Source of the DNA: Eledone cirrhosa
Lineage: Eukaryota
NCBI GenBank assembly: GCA_964016885.1
Contig: CAXHJY010000565.1
Location: 62,001 to 126,000 of the forward strand
Direction of reading: 5' to 3'
DNA: 64,000 nucleotides
Below, one piece after another: positions 1 through 13,325 of the stretch; the stretch's first letter is position 1, and every line of letters starts with the position of its first letter. A model generated the notes under the pieces. It had not been told where the DNA came from and searched no databases. It saw only the letters and a program-made list of their open reading frames with translations. The translations under genes were made by a program, and so were the position numbers.

Positions 1-678
1 ACACTTTCCCACCCCATGCCTTCCGATTACATTCCATGTGTTAAAATCCCTACCCACTCTAGCATTAAAGTCACCAAGCACGATGACTTTGTCTGCCTGA
101 GGGATATTTCTTAAAACACCTTTCAAGGCATGGTAAAAGGACAGTTTTTCTTCATCGACAGAATTCATAGTTGGAGCATACACACCCACCAGGGTAGCAT
201 ATCTTCCCTTGTCCAGCGGAACTCTCATGGACATAAGACGCTCACTAATCCCCACTGGGAATTCTTCTAATTTATTCACCAGTACAGTCTTAACAGCAAA
301 TCCTACCCCAGCCTCTCTTCTGGTTCCTTCATCTCTTCCTTTCCAGAAGAATGTATATTCTCCACAAAATTCCGTAAGATGACCATCTCCAGCTAACCTC
401 GTCTCAGACAAAGCCACGATGTCAAGATCGTAACGTCGAAGCTCCCTCGCAACAAGAGCGGTCCTTCGTTCAGGACGCTCCAAAGAATCCCTGTCAAGCA
501 GCGTCCGTACGTTCCAGCAGCCAAGACTAAATGCCCTGTTTGGCTCTATTACAATGGCACGATGACGGGCGGGCCCAGGTTGTGATAACTTGGGGCCCCT
601 GCCCTTATTGCCAATGATCCTTTTTGTTCCAGAACCCAAATTGGCAATTATCTCGTTTACATTGTTCTGGAACATCAT
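1..678 (-). CDS. RTE-clade non-LTR retrotransposon ORF, N-terminal AP-endonuclease domain (runs off the left edge)
   Basis: Manual translation from ATG at 678: MMFQNNVNE...AFSLGCWNVRTLLDRDSLERPERRTALVARELRRYDLDIVALSETR...YTFFWKG...GVGFAV...YAPT...VIVLGDFNARVG...GRHGVGKC. No stop seen. WNVRTL, LSETR and GDFNA are APE motifs typical of RTE. Absent from the ORF track, probably because it has no stop inside the window. Confidence 0.9.
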   Translation of the reverse strand, partial: MMFQNNVNEIIANLGSGTKRIIGNKGRGPKLSQPGPARHRAIVIEPNRAFSLGCWNVRTLLDRDSLERPERRTALVARELRRYDLDIVALSETRLAGDGHLTEFCGEYTFFWKGRDEGTRREAGVGFAVKTVLVNKLEEFPVGISERLMSMRVPLDKGRYATLVGVYAPTMNSVDEEKLSFYHALKGVLRNIPQADKVIVLGDFNARVGRDFNTWNVIGRHGVGKC

Positions 679-686
679 TGAATTGG

Positions 687-724
<38 letters not shown>

Positions 725-729
725 TAATA

Positions 730-764
<35 letters not shown>

Positions 765-779
765 ACACTATTAATAATT

Positions 780-1067
780 ATTAATGCACTCGTGCAATGC
801 CTGTGCGTGACGAATATTTTTAAAGTGAGGAAAGACTGTGCACTGAACCAATCCCACTCTCTGAGCGACAGTAGCTATAACCCGAAAAGAAGAAAAGATC
901 AACATCATCGGTAACTACTGAGCCGCAGGTTTTATATCGGAGTTAACCCAGTTTCCTGAGATGCCTTCTCCTAGAAGAATACCCTGACATGGGCTAGGGG
1001 TTCTTCACTCCCAGTGGTTTAACTGCGCGATCGGGCATCCAGCCCGATTATTTCTATGTCCCCGCGC
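780..1067 (-). mobile_element. RTE 5' UTR-like segment upstream of the endonuclease ORF
   Basis: Closely matches the reverse complement of 38800-39080 (gcgcggggacatagaaata...agagtgggattgg.tcagtgcacagtctttcctcacttta). Separated from the ORF by poly(A)/(AAT)n. Confidence 0.7.
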
Positions 1068-1140
1068 AAAAAAAAAAAAAAAAAAATACACATACATACA
1101 TACATACATACATACATACATACATACGTACGTACATACA

Positions 1141-1683
1141 TGGCATTACATGATAATGCAACTTGATTTCGAGTAATGCCATCGCTTGATACTTAAGCAT
1201 AAGCATCACGGGCGCGGCATTTGAATGATGCTAGGGACCTGCCAATGGCCAGCAATACCATGCATCGCAAAAATTATCACATATCAAGCGATACCCATGC
1301 TTGACGTTTTTTTAAGTGAGGAAATGGTTTGCACGGGGCCAATCCCACTCTCTGTACATTAAATGCATTTGCCCAAAAAGAAGAACTGGTCTACATCATT
1401 GGATGCAAATGAAGTCGCAGGTTTTATATTAGAATGACCTTCTCCTTGAGTGATGTCTTAATGAAAACTAGGAGTCTCTCGCTCCACAGAAAAAACCTTT
1501 ATTGGATGGCCGTTGACTTCCCTGGGTTCCTCCACCCTTTCACAGGTTTTACTGTTCATCCCGCAGTATGTCCAAAATCACCCTCCTCAACAAGCAAGCT
1601 TGGTGGGGTTGCCGGTTTAGTCGCCGACAACCCGACCATGCACAAGTTGTACTGGGTTACATGTTACCAGTAGCGACCTGACG
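1141..1683 (-). mobile_element. Non-autonomous RTE-derived element (structured 5' head + UTR + 3' stem-loop, (TATG)n tail)
   Basis: Head 1500-1683 is homologous to 36785-36976 and 38531-38725. Middle resembles 820-940. Ends next to (CATA)n. Confidence 0.65.
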
Positions 1684-1984
1684 TACATACATAGTGGCGG
1701 ACTGGGTCTAAAAATATTGGTTGCCAGGAGATGAAGGGGGCCAACCTACATATAGAATGCTATCATTTCATTTTTATAATGAATAAATAACATTTTCGAA
1801 AAATACATAAGTAGCAACAAAATAGTGCAATCAAATTTTTTACAGAAAAAATCTTACCTTTTCCAATAAAAAATATTATGCATTTTGCGAATTCCAGAGA
1901 CGTTCAATAATGACCAGAAGTCGAGCACAAATATTATTAATAGCTCTAGGAAAGCTATGAACGACACCACATCTTTTTAACTTT

Positions 1985-2290
1985 GATTTTGAAAGGAGGT
2001 TTATAATTATCAATATACTTTTGTAGCTGTCTCGGTGGCCTAGTTAAAGGAATTATAGACGGTGATCCTGGTCTGAAGTTCGATCCTGATCGGGAGTAGG
2101 ATTCCCGGTAAACCTTTTCAAATTTTTTTCTAATGAAAACTGAAAAAGGTTACATGTACCTCTTGACCAGGATTGAACCCAAGGTCAGGATCTCTACCGT
2201 CTCTAGTAACTACCGCTAGGCCACAGAGACAACTACAAAAATCTTATGAAAATTCAAACTTATAAACCTACATTCAAAATTTTCAAAATT
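1985..2290. repeat. Imperfect inverted repeat made of two converging tRNA-like units
   Basis: ttttgtagctgtctcggtggcctag...gttcgatcc on + and ttttgtagttgtctctgtggcctagcgg...ggttcaatcc on -. A/B-box-like motifs in both arms. Confidence 0.65.
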
Positions 2291-2334
2291 TTCAAAACAA
2301 AGTGTTATATGAACATACATACATACATACATAC

Positions 2335-2590
2335 GTGAAGATGCGTGGTTTAGTGGTCAGGGTGTTCGGTTGAGGATTGTGATGTTGGGAGTTCGAATCC
2401 CGGCGGTGCGTTGTGCTCTACACGTCTAATTGCTTCAGTCCATTCAGCTGGCAAAAATGAAATGTACCTGTAACTCAAAGAACCAGTCTCGTAACATACT
2501 ACGTCATGCTGAATCTCCCTGAGATTATTTTAAGGGTACAGTTGTATATGCAATGCGCAATCACGCACACGTTAATTTCACGAGCATTCT
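2335..2590 (+). mobile_element. tRNA-derived SINE, family B (diverged)
   Basis: tggtttagtgg A box and gagttcgaatccc B box. Body (cagtccattcagctggc...aagggtaca...cacgttaatttca) is shared with 7345-7640, 8400-8670 and 20630-20960. Confidence 0.65.
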
Positions 2591-2744
2591 ATCACACATA
2601 TGCACACACACGATTTAGTCGGGTATCGACTGTAATTAAGGACGAGTGACGTAAATTCTAACGATCAGCGACTTTTAAACACACTGGACTAATGAAACAA
2701 TTGTTAATACTGTAAGCCGACCATGTTATTCTTCTTTCTTTTGC

Positions 2745-2865
<121 letters not shown>

Positions 2866-3416
2866 GTACATCCAGCTGAATTCCGTCACCCAAATCAATA
2901 AGTGTATGGTCGATTCTGACCTACACGAGAGTCACGTAGTATGCTCTATTCAGGATAGAAGTGATGTAAGGTTGTTTCTACCTGGATAGAAACTGTGCTG
3001 AGTTGTGTGTAGCATGTTATTTAGCTTTAAGAACATTATCAGCTTCCGCCTGATAGTTCGTTCCATGTTTTTGCTGATATGTAAAATGAGAGAAATAGGC
3101 CTGTAATTGTTAACGTGTTTCGCTTTCTTATTTAAGCATAGGACAGGTCTTCCTTCAATTTTCTGGGGAGCTTACCACTTGCAGGGAATGAGGGTTTCAG
3201 AATCGATGCTTCGAATAATACTTTGCGGTATTATATATCTTCGCTACATCCTTGGGTCGATTTTACCATTCCCCCTCCCCATACGAAATAGATAAAATAA
3301 GTCGCTGATGAAACACCGGAGATTGATATTATCGCCTAAAAATGCTTGAAGGTGATGCTCCAGCATGGCTGCAGACCAATAACTGAAGAAGGTAAAATAA
3401 TTATTTTTATTGTTTA

Positions 3417-3489
3417 GCCTCAGTGGCCCAATGGGTAAGGCACCGGCCTCCTTAGCCGGAGATTGCGGGTTCGAGTCCCGTCGGAGGTA
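3417..3489 (+). tRNA. trnR(CCT): tRNA-Arg(CCT), probably a retroposed pseudogene
   Basis: GCCTCAG-TG-GCCCAATGGGTAAGGC-A-CCGGC-CT[CCT]TA-GCCGG-AGATT-GCGGG-TTCGAGT-CCCGT-CGGAGGT-A. Cloverleaf has one acceptor mismatch (A6:G) and a pyrimidine at position 37. Flanked by 20/21-bp direct repeats. Confidence 0.85.
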
Positions 3490-3611
3490 TAATTATTTTT
3501 TATTGTTTAAAGAATATAGTGTTCCACTCTCTTTCATTTGGCGTTTCACAATACCAAGGGCGGTGCCCCAGGATAGCCTCAGTCGGATGGCTGGAACAGG
3601 TAAAAGAGCAT

Positions 3612-3721
3612 ATCCTTAAGGGATCGATAATATAAATCACCAGTAATGCACTGGAGTCGATTTAATCGACTTTCCCCTCTCCCAAAATTGTTGGTCTTGT
3701 GCCTAAATCAGAAACCATTAT
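3612..3721 (+). mobile_element. SINE family A, 3' half
   Basis: gatcgataa...accagtaatgcactgg...ttgtgcctaaatcagaaaccattat. Confidence 0.65.
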
Positions 3722-3956
3722 TTAAGCATTGTTAAGACAAAGATTAACATTGGGTTATTCAGTAACGACCATTTACGACCCGGGTTCAAATGTTACCACT
3801 AGAGCCAGAATCAATACAATGGTGTATATCTATGTGTTACTAGAGATATCATTCTGAAGTGTTGCTAAGGCGGTGGGGAGGCAAAAAGACTTGAATGTTG
3901 AAAATATTTTCTGAGTATTCAAATATAGACGTGTGATAGAATTCGTAGCAGCTATA

Positions 3957-4248
3957 CAAACCTATCAACCTCTAAATACCCAAACGGAGAGTACCATGAA
4001 AAAAGGTGCCCTAAAACGCGGAGAAATGAGGCAAAATGGGGAGATTTTACATAATTGTTTCTACTTTTGGCACAAGGCCAGCAATTACCCAGTACATTAC
4101 TGGTACTTTTTTATCGACCCCGTATGGATGAAAGGCAAAGTTAACCTCGGCGGGATTTTACATAATGAAAGCTATACCCATACATCTCTCACCCACCCCA
4201 AAGTGGGTGGGAGATCTCCCCCGTCGGACGGAGAGCGTTGACAGGTCT
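3957..4248. mobile_element. MITE with CAGACCTGTCAAC-like TIRs, interrupted by a SINE
   Basis: caaacctatcaacctct ... agagcgttgacaggtct. Homologous to 20409-20623 and 25039-25233. Confidence 0.7.
4052..4157 (-). mobile_element. SINE family A (5'-truncated) inside the MITE
   Basis: Reverse complement of the family consensus. gattttacataat is duplicated on both sides. Confidence 0.8.
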
Positions 4249-4952
4249 ACTTATTTATTAGTTTCAGTCCCAAAGTGTTCGCTGCTACCCTACTCATATT
4301 TATACCCCATGTTAATAACACGGTTGTTATCCATATTTTGTATTGTTTAACCCAAACCTGATTGAACATTGAAACTTTTTGTTCTGTCATGTCGCCCCTC
4401 GAACATTATCGAATGTGATCTTCCATTTTATAATTCGGTTTGGTGTAGCATGAAAGAGATTTAGCTGCTGTTTCTATGAGATCAAGTGACAGCGCAAATG
4501 ACTCGTTGTTATTGTTGTCATTTGCCCCCAGTGATCAAATTATTTCCATCCATAACCATTCCATCTCCAACATAAGGCGGTGTAATATGGGAGAGGGTTA
4601 GAAAGTTGGCTGTTATTTTTAACAAATCGAGTAACCATATTAAGGCACTCTCGTTGGCTTGGTAATTAGCTCTTTGTTTACTGCTACTGATATGGAAAGT
4701 GTTGATTGTAGGAGTGGCAGAATTAATATTCCCCGTAATTTAAGATGTTATTACTAAAACTACTTAAGTCACATTGATTTTTGCTTGACTTGAGTACATT
4801 TGGAACTCGGGTCTTCTATTTTTTAGCAAGTATATATTTCCAAAGCACTGAACTAGACGAAGGTGATTTATTTTTTTTCTTAATTGTTTATCGTCAATGC
4901 ATTAAAAAACATCATGAAACATGTAATATATATATGTGTGTGTGTGTGTGTA

Positions 4953-5007
<55 letters not shown>

Positions 5008-5012
<5 letters not shown>

Positions 5013-5116
5013 ACTTCTGTCCGAAACGTTGAAACCTCCTCCATTTCTACCAACCGTCAACGTAATATAACTGTAAAATTGCCTCCTGTGCTTTGTTTGT
5101 TTCATTTATTAACTTT
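5008..5116 (+). mobile_element. Penelope pseudo-LTR fragment with truncated hammerhead (GGAC-ttct-GTCC-GAAACGTT)
   Basis: Stem II + GAAAC + GTT motif between (TA)n tracts. The CTGANGA box is missing. Confidence 0.5.
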
Positions 5117-5139
5117 ATATATATATATATATAAAGTTT

Positions 5140-5345
5140 GATATAGAAATAGCTTCTACATGATGAGAACTGTTTCATTCGAAAGAAATCATCAAAAAAG
5201 CTTTCCTGGTGATTTCTTTTGAATGAAACAGTTCTAGTTCTGTTGAAGCCATGTCTCTATTAAACTTGATGTTTACACACTCTACTAATGTATTGAGTAC
5301 CTTACTAACTGTTCGTAACCCTCGATTGAACCCAGGACTCACACA
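5140..5345. mobile_element. Fold-back repeat, putative Penelope pseudo-LTR pair
   Basis: agaactgtttcattcgaaagaaatcatc / gtgatttcttttgaatgaaacagttct. Same family as 19085-19255. Confidence 0.65.
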
Positions 5346-5711
5346 TATATATATATATACTGATACTTTCGGTTAACTGTCCTAATTTGGCTCAAGTCTG
5401 GTAAACACTATTTACAATAAATGTGGACAGGCTTACACTGGAGTTAAACAAAACAAATTTATTCTCAGCAATTGTTTCTCATCACAAAACGAAATGAACG
5501 AAATTTTAATTATTTCAAATTTCACTTGGAGGAGAAACACCATTAGCTTAATGAATAATTGTGGTCAAGAAAGGCAAGGGAGACAACCGCTAACTTGAAA
5601 TTCATTAAAATTAGAAGAAGGCGTACATACAGTGGGAAATGGTTTTATTTTGGTGATTCTTTTTCTGTATTTGTTGTATGTTAGCTGTAAAAATACACAC
5701 ACACACGCACG

Positions 5712-5805
<94 letters not shown>

Positions 5806-6607
5806 CATTTACTACTAGATATACATATAAAAAAACACACATACAACATTGTACTTTTATTACAGTTTACTGAACAACTCAGCGTCTTTATTGAGTCATT
5901 ACGAGACCAAGACTTGTGAAATTAAAGACTTTTACATCATGAAAACACTTGCATTTTTGAACCACTTTGCTGTAACTGTTGACCCGGAAAATCTTGTTTT
6001 GATCTCCATATCATATATAAAGAGGGTTCCCTGCTGCCCTGAAGTTATAGAAAAGGGCCTTTTATATTACAATAAATTTCATTGCATTACATTACTTTAC
6101 TAACCTTAGCTCACTTGATTTATGTGTTTCGCACGTGGATGACCTCACTCCTTCACACCTAATTCTTTCAGGCTTCATACACACTAGTCGAAATCTTAAC
6201 ACAGTTTCCACATAAAATAAACTACCAATAAACACTGTTTAGATTGACCTATAGTGGCCTTGTTTCCTGTTGGTTAATTAGTTTTCGAGATCAGGAATTT
6301 GACTTACTTCTACAACACAGGGACATCAAGTTGGTTTCGTTTTACTCATCCAACGATCTGAAAATGTGACAGAAGAGTAGAAAGAAAAATTGTAAGATAA
6401 AAAGAAAACAAGTGGGAGATTAAAGATGATACCATCTTTATTGACATCACTGACAACAGTTTTCATGACAATGTTCATACTACCGTATCGTCCCAGAGGG
6501 GAGAACACAGCTCACATGAACGGAATAATTTAGTAGAACTAACATTAGTAAAATTAGTAATATTAGTACTGACACGCGTTCTGAGGCGTTAAGTCACAGT
6601 TCTAAAT

Positions 6608-6757
6608 AATTGTTTCTACTTTTGGCACAAGGCCAGCAATTATCCCAGTACATTACTGGTACTTTATTTTATCGACCCCGTAAGGATGAAAGGCAAAGTT
6701 AACCTCGGCGGAATTTGAACTCAGATCATAAAGGGCCGTAACTCTGTGCTGCCAATC
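6608..6757 (-). mobile_element. SINE family A
   Basis: aattgtttctacttttggcacaaggccagcaatt...aaggatgaaaggcaaagttaacctcggcggaatttgaactcag. Confidence 0.85.
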
Positions 6758-7314
6758 CAAATAATTAAAACAATCATCTATATTTTTAAATAAATATTAA
6801 ATAAATAAAGAAATAAATAAAGAAAGAAATAATCATTGCAGTTTAATCCCAAATCGATCCCGATCCAGAAAACTATTCAAAGATGCTCCAATCATGATCA
6901 ACCCTAATTTATATATCCTAGACTACATTGTTCAAAGTCGATCCATTTTTTATACAGTAGGGTATTGGGGGGGGTCTTTATTTGCAGCAGATAGTGCAAC
7001 GACGTAAATGCTCCCTTGTTGCCTCGTAGTTTTATATATAATACTACGTGTAAATTGCAATATTGTGCAATAAAGTGAAATAAATTGTCTTGCGAGATTG
7101 CTTGTTCAATCCCCTGGCCGGGGATTGAACAAGCAATCTCGCGATTGCGAATCCAATTCTCTAGCTACTAAGACGCGCGCCTTCACAGTGTGTGTGGGAG
7201 TGTGGTGTCTGTGTGTGTGTGTGTGTGTGTATGTGGGTGGGTGTATGTGTTTGTGTGGGTGTGTGTGTTTGTGTGTATGTCTGTGTGTATTTCTGTGTGT
7301 GTGTGTGTGTGTGA

Positions 7315-7344
<30 letters not shown>

Positions 7345-7350
<6 letters not shown>

Positions 7351-7640
7351 GTTGGCTTATGATTTTCAGGTCGTGAGTTCGATTCCCGTTTGCGTTAATG
7401 AGTCCTTGAGCAAGACACTTTTTTTCATACTGCTCTAGTTAACTCAGCTTGCAATGAATTGTTCTTATTTCAAATGGTCAATATTTTTACACACTGATAA
7501 CTAAATCCCCCTGATAATTACACCAAGGGATACACGTGTCTGTGGAATGCTCACTCATTTTCCTGTTAATCTCATTTCAAGACTAGGCTGTTACGTGGAT
7601 CGAATCAACTAGAACACTCATCCACTCATCATCAGAACTG
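7345..7640 (+). mobile_element. SINE family B (diverged)
   Basis: gtgagttcgattcc...gtccttgagcaagacact...aactcagct. Confidence 0.55.
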
Positions 7641-7689
7641 ATGGAGTGCCAACAATGTGTGTGCATATTGAGACGCATATATAGTGAAA

Positions 7690-7714
7690 ATATATATATA
7701 TGTGTGTGTGTGTA

Positions 7715-7787
<73 letters not shown>

Positions 7788-7802
7788 TTGTGTGTATGTA
7801 TG

Positions 7803-7841
<39 letters not shown>

Positions 7842-7884
7842 GAAAAGTATAGAAATTATTGTAGCAAGAAGCCAACAGTATTCC

Positions 7885-7939
<55 letters not shown>

Positions 7940-7958
7940 ATATATATATATATATATG

Positions 7959-8014
<56 letters not shown>

Positions 8015-8027
8015 CATATATATATAT

Positions 8028-8092
<65 letters not shown>
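7690..8092. repeat. (TA)n/(TG)n compound microsatellite
   Basis: Direct inspection. Confidence 0.95.
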
Positions 8093-8095
<3 letters not shown>

Positions 8096-8849
8096 GTCTG
8101 AATCACTTAGACTAAGCTATGTGAAGTTGAAATATCGCTTAATCAGAAGCTATAAATACTGTCATAAATTAATCGTTAAATAGCCATCAACAAGTTGATT
8201 GTGTTTCTTGTTCCAATATTCAACGACGCACCTTCTCGGTGATTCTCTATACAAGATATTAGATGCAAAATTAAAATATCTCATTTTTTTAAATGATTTA
8301 TATAATTGATAATAGAGATATCTTATATTGTAGAAATTACTTGATAGTGGGCTCAGCATAGCCGAATTGTTAAGAAGTTGCTCTGTAATCATTAGTATTC
8401 CGGGTTAGATCACACTGTATAGTATCTTGGACATGTGGCATTTACCATAGCTTCTGGTTTACCCGTGCCTTGTGAGTGAAATTGGATAGAGGGAAATTGT
8501 TTGCGACCCCATCAGTTGGACTGTACTTGCAATTCAATGAGCCAGTTTGATAATTACGTTTAACGTACACATGTATGTGGAATACTCAGCCACTTGCACG
8601 TTAATTTCATGTGGAGGCTGTACCATTGTTTGAACAACTGGCACAGTCGTCGTCGAAACCGGCGGATGTCTATTCTATTTTATGATAGCTTTAATTTCTA
8701 AGAGATAGACGACCTCTGATGTAGATCTCTGAGTAACAGTGATTTATCAGCATACGCACACATGAAAGGAGATGACATAAATATTACTTTCTAGTTTCAT
8801 AATTGTTTTTAGATAAGATATAAATCTTATAATATTTTAACCGAAAGGT

Positions 8850-9095
8850 CGGTGGATTGGCAGAGTCATTAAATCGTCGGACAACTTGCTTTGTTCTGAG
8901 TTCAAATCCCGCCGAGGTTTGCTTTGCTTTTCATCTTTACGGGGTCACAAAAATAAATTAGCCGACTTTCCCCTTCCCTGCCAAAAGAAGAAACAAATGT
9001 AATGTTAAGGCGGCGAATATGCAGTCATTAGGGTCTCGGTTTAAAAATGCCTCGGTATTTGTTATGCGTTCAAATCTCACCGAGGTCAACTTTTC
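8850..9095 (+). mobile_element. Two partial SINE family A heads
   Basis: ggtggattggcagagtc...gagttcaaatcccgccgagg...tttcatc and aggcggcgaat...gttcaaatctcaccgaggtcaacttt. Confidence 0.65.
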
Positions 9096-9580
9096 GGGGG
9101 CGATTTTTCTTCTACCTCTCTATCTCCCTTTCTTTCTCTGGAAGATGTTGGCAGTGATCTCAAGAAAGATCTCGAGACGGAAAGGCTCCACCAGATTTTT
9201 AATAAATGCCTATGGCATTTCGCGTCTTAGAGCGGCACCTCTACAAATCCTTCGGGAGTTCCTTTACCTTACCAATGTTATGTGTTTATTAGCTTAATAT
9301 GTAAGTGGTAAAGGCGCGTCGCTTAAAGGTTAGGTTATTTTACTCAAAATTTTAAGATCGTGAGTTCGATTCACGGGAGTAGTTTGTGTCTTCCCTTGGA
9401 CAATATTGGTGGAGAGATGGGGTATGCATGGTCGACTGTTGGTTTCCACAAAAATACTTTGTCCGGTTTTGTGCCACGGAGGGAAACTTTCTAGGTTCAA
9501 AACCGTCATTTGTGAGGCCCAAACGAGTATCCTCCACTACCAACTAACTTTCCCTTCGCTTCTAGATCCCAGCCGACAGA

Positions 9581-9759
9581 TGAGGGTCAGCAGAAAAGTT
9601 CATAAGCTGACCAAGATACTCTCATAGAATAACTAAATAAGGTTTATTTTACAACAATGGAGTTATTAATAAGAAGTGTTGAAATTAATGCATACAAGAA
9701 TTCACAGCTCTAGCATCACTCCTTCATAGGCAACCAGTGAACATTTCAGCCGACCCTCG
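9581..9759. mobile_element. Tc1/mariner-type MITE
   Basis: TIRs tgagggtcagcagaaaagttca / tgaacatttcagccgaccctcg, with TA at the right flank. Confidence 0.65.
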
Positions 9760-10036
9760 TATAAGACAATCATAGTATCTACACTGAAGATGCACAATAT
9801 AATTCTCTCTATTTTATGAATCATGAACTCACCACACTCTCCAAGCAATCAGAACTTATCAGAAACATCTACTGTATTTTTCCACACACACCCCTCTTTA
9901 CATACAAATACTACCCCCTCGATACACCCGACATCTTCTACGTTTTCTATTTTATACAAATTTTCTTCATTTTTTTTTAAATCTAATTATTTATCTTTAT
10001 TGCCACCAGAATATTCTATAGAGCAACAAATGTCTA

Positions 10037-11060
<1,024 letters not shown>

Positions 11061-11531
11061 GGAGTGGAGAATTTATATAACTCATATATCTTTATTTTGA
11101 ATTTATATTTTAAGTTAAAGTTAACATCTGTGTATGTTTCTGACTATAAAATATAGTCTAACAATTTATGCTTACAAGTCCTAGGGAGGTGAATAATTGC
11201 TCCAGCATAACCGCGGTCTAATAACTGAAACAAGTAAACTAATGGAAACGAAGTAAAAGAATATACAGTTTGTCTATATACACAGACTCAAATATTTATA
11301 CATACATACATACACACATGCTCACCTGAGCATATATATATATATATATATTTATTAAAATAACAGATTAAAGTTTAAGCAAAGAATCTCTGCTTTCACC
11401 CTTAACGGGATCTTCTGAAACTAACAAAGTCAATCTGTAAACGCAGAACTGGATATTTCAAAAAACGTTGCAACCGGAGGAAGACAGGAAGACGATACTT
11501 TAGAATTCGTTCTATTAAGGATTCTAACGCC

Positions 11532-13325
11532 GTGCACGTCCATTCCGACAAAACTGGCAACCTATATCAAGTGGAGCGCAGTACTTACCATCAACTACTA
11601 CATAATGCTGTAACTAAGGATTACCGTAAAACTAATCGGTGCGTCATCAATGAAATCAACGATGCTGGGTTTAAAATCACATCTGATCTCAACATCCTGG
11701 ACCGGACCGAACCTCTGGACCCTATCTCTCCCCACTTTACCCTGAAGGATCACAAATCCAATTTTCCGAACATCTCCTCTATTCGGCTTATTAACCCTAC
11801 GAAGTCCGATTTAGGTAGACTTAGTAAAACGATTCTTGATAGAATTATTAGAAGTTTGGCCCCTCTCGCACTGTGGAACAATTCTTTCGCGGTGATTGAT
11901 TGGTTCAACGGCATATGTAACAAGGAACATTGCCGTTTTATCCAATTCGACATCAACAATTACTACTCCTCCATCACTTTACCACTTCTCCTTAGAGCTA
12001 TCAATTTCGCTAAAACACTCACAGTGGTTAAGGATTTCGAAGTTGATGTCATCCTTAATGCCCGAAAGTCGGTGATTAATTTCGACGACTCTATTTGGAT
12101 TAAAAAATCCAATAGTACCCCATTCGACGTGAGTATGGGCGCCAGTGACTCTGCGGAGGTTACTGATCTTATTGGCCTTTTCCTTCTTTTCTCTATCAAG
12201 GATGAATTCCCCAACGCGGGCGGTGGTTTGTACCGTGACGATGGTCTTTTGACCATGACTAAGTGCGGACCTCGTGCTTGCGACAGGTTCAGAAAAGAAC
12301 TCACAGCCTTCTTTAAAAGCTTCAACCTCTCTATACAGGTTGAGGCCAATATCTCGGTCGTTAATTACCTCGACGTTACCCTCAATTTATTGAATGGGTT
12401 GTATTACCCGTATATAAAGCCGAATGATACGCTTAATTACATAAGTAAGCATTCCAACCATCCTGCCAGCATAACCAAGAACCTGGTAAGAAACGTTTCG
12501 TTGAGGCTTTCCCATCTTTCCACCAACGAGCGCATTTTCAACGACCATTCCACTTATTACAATGAAGCTCTTGCTCGAAGTCGATTTGTCGATAAGGTAG
12601 CATATACAGAGTACGAAAATAGACCTAGAAGTAATAGATCCCGTCGCATTTGTTGGTTTAACCGACCATATAATATGGAGGTGGCCACACCATTAGCTAA
12701 GATCTTTCTTTCCCTTATTACGAAGCATGTTCCCCCTACACATAAATATAGTAACATTTTTAATAGAAATACTATTAAAATTTCTTACTCTACGACTCCT
12801 AACCTTGCACATAACATCACAGCTTCAAATTTAGCAAAACTACCTAACCGTAGGAACACGTGCAACCCTGTAGTTAGTACTCACTGTAATTGTAGGAATC
12901 GGGCTGATTGCCCCCTATCCGGGAAATGCCTCTCTAGTAACATTGTCTACAAATGTAAGGTTGTAACACCCACGTCCCGTAGGGCCTACATAGGGTTAAC
13001 CGCCAATAGTTTCAAGCAGCGTCTTTACATGCATACCCATTCTTTTCGTTACCCTCTAAGAAGGAATATGACGTCACTTTCAGCTTATATCTGGAGTCTA
13101 AAAGACAACCACACCCAATATAAGTTACACTGGGAGATCCTAGCTAGGGCTAGATCGTATAACGGAAATAAAAGACCATGTGACCTCTGCGCCGCTGAGG
13201 CCCTGGAAATACTCTACGCCACAGACCACATCTTAAACAAAAAATCTGAGGCAATTTCGGCTTGTAAACATAAATTGCACAAAACTTTCCTGTATTACAG
13301 CCCCACGTTATACCCTAACGGATAG
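11532..13325 (+). CDS. Penelope-like reverse transcriptase + C-terminal GIY-YIG endonuclease (possibly Nematis-like; N-terminus truncated)
   Basis: RLINP, FIQFDINNYYSSI, FDVSMGA, GLYRDDGL, NYLDVTL, SNHP; Cys linker CNCRNRADCPLSGKC; IVY...AYIGLT...FKQR..H; CDLC..E..LN...C.H. 597 codons open. Confidence 0.9.
   Translation: MHVHSDKTGNLYQVERSTYHQLLHNAVTKDYRKTNRCVINEINDAGFKITSDLNILDRTEPLDPISPHFTLKDHKSNFPNISSIRLINPTKSDLGRLSKTILDRIIRSLAPLALWNNSFAVIDWFNGICNKEHCRFIQFDINNYYSSITLPLLLRAINFAKTLTVVKDFEVDVILNARKSVINFDDSIWIKKSNSTPFDVSMGASDSAEVTDLIGLFLLFSIKDEFPNAGGGLYRDDGLLTMTKCGPRACDRFRKELTAFFKSFNLSIQVEANISVVNYLDVTLNLLNGLYYPYIKPNDTLNYISKHSNHPASITKNLVRNVSLRLSHLSTNERIFNDHSTYYNEALARSRFVDKVAYTEYENRPRSNRSRRICWFNRPYNMEVATPLAKIFLSLITKHVPPTHKYSNIFNRNTIKISYSTTPNLAHNITASNLAKLPNRRNTCNPVVSTHCNCRNRADCPLSGKCLSSNIVYKCKVVTPTSRRAYIGLTANSFKQRLYMHTHSFRYPLRRNMTSLSAYIWSLKDNHTQYKLHWEILARARSYNGNKRPCDLCAAEALEILYATDHILNKKSEAISACKHKLHKTFLYYSPTLYPNG

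Noticed and set aside
5850-6520. Short ORFs as host exons or piggyBac remnants
   Set aside because: No convincing motif or splice structure.
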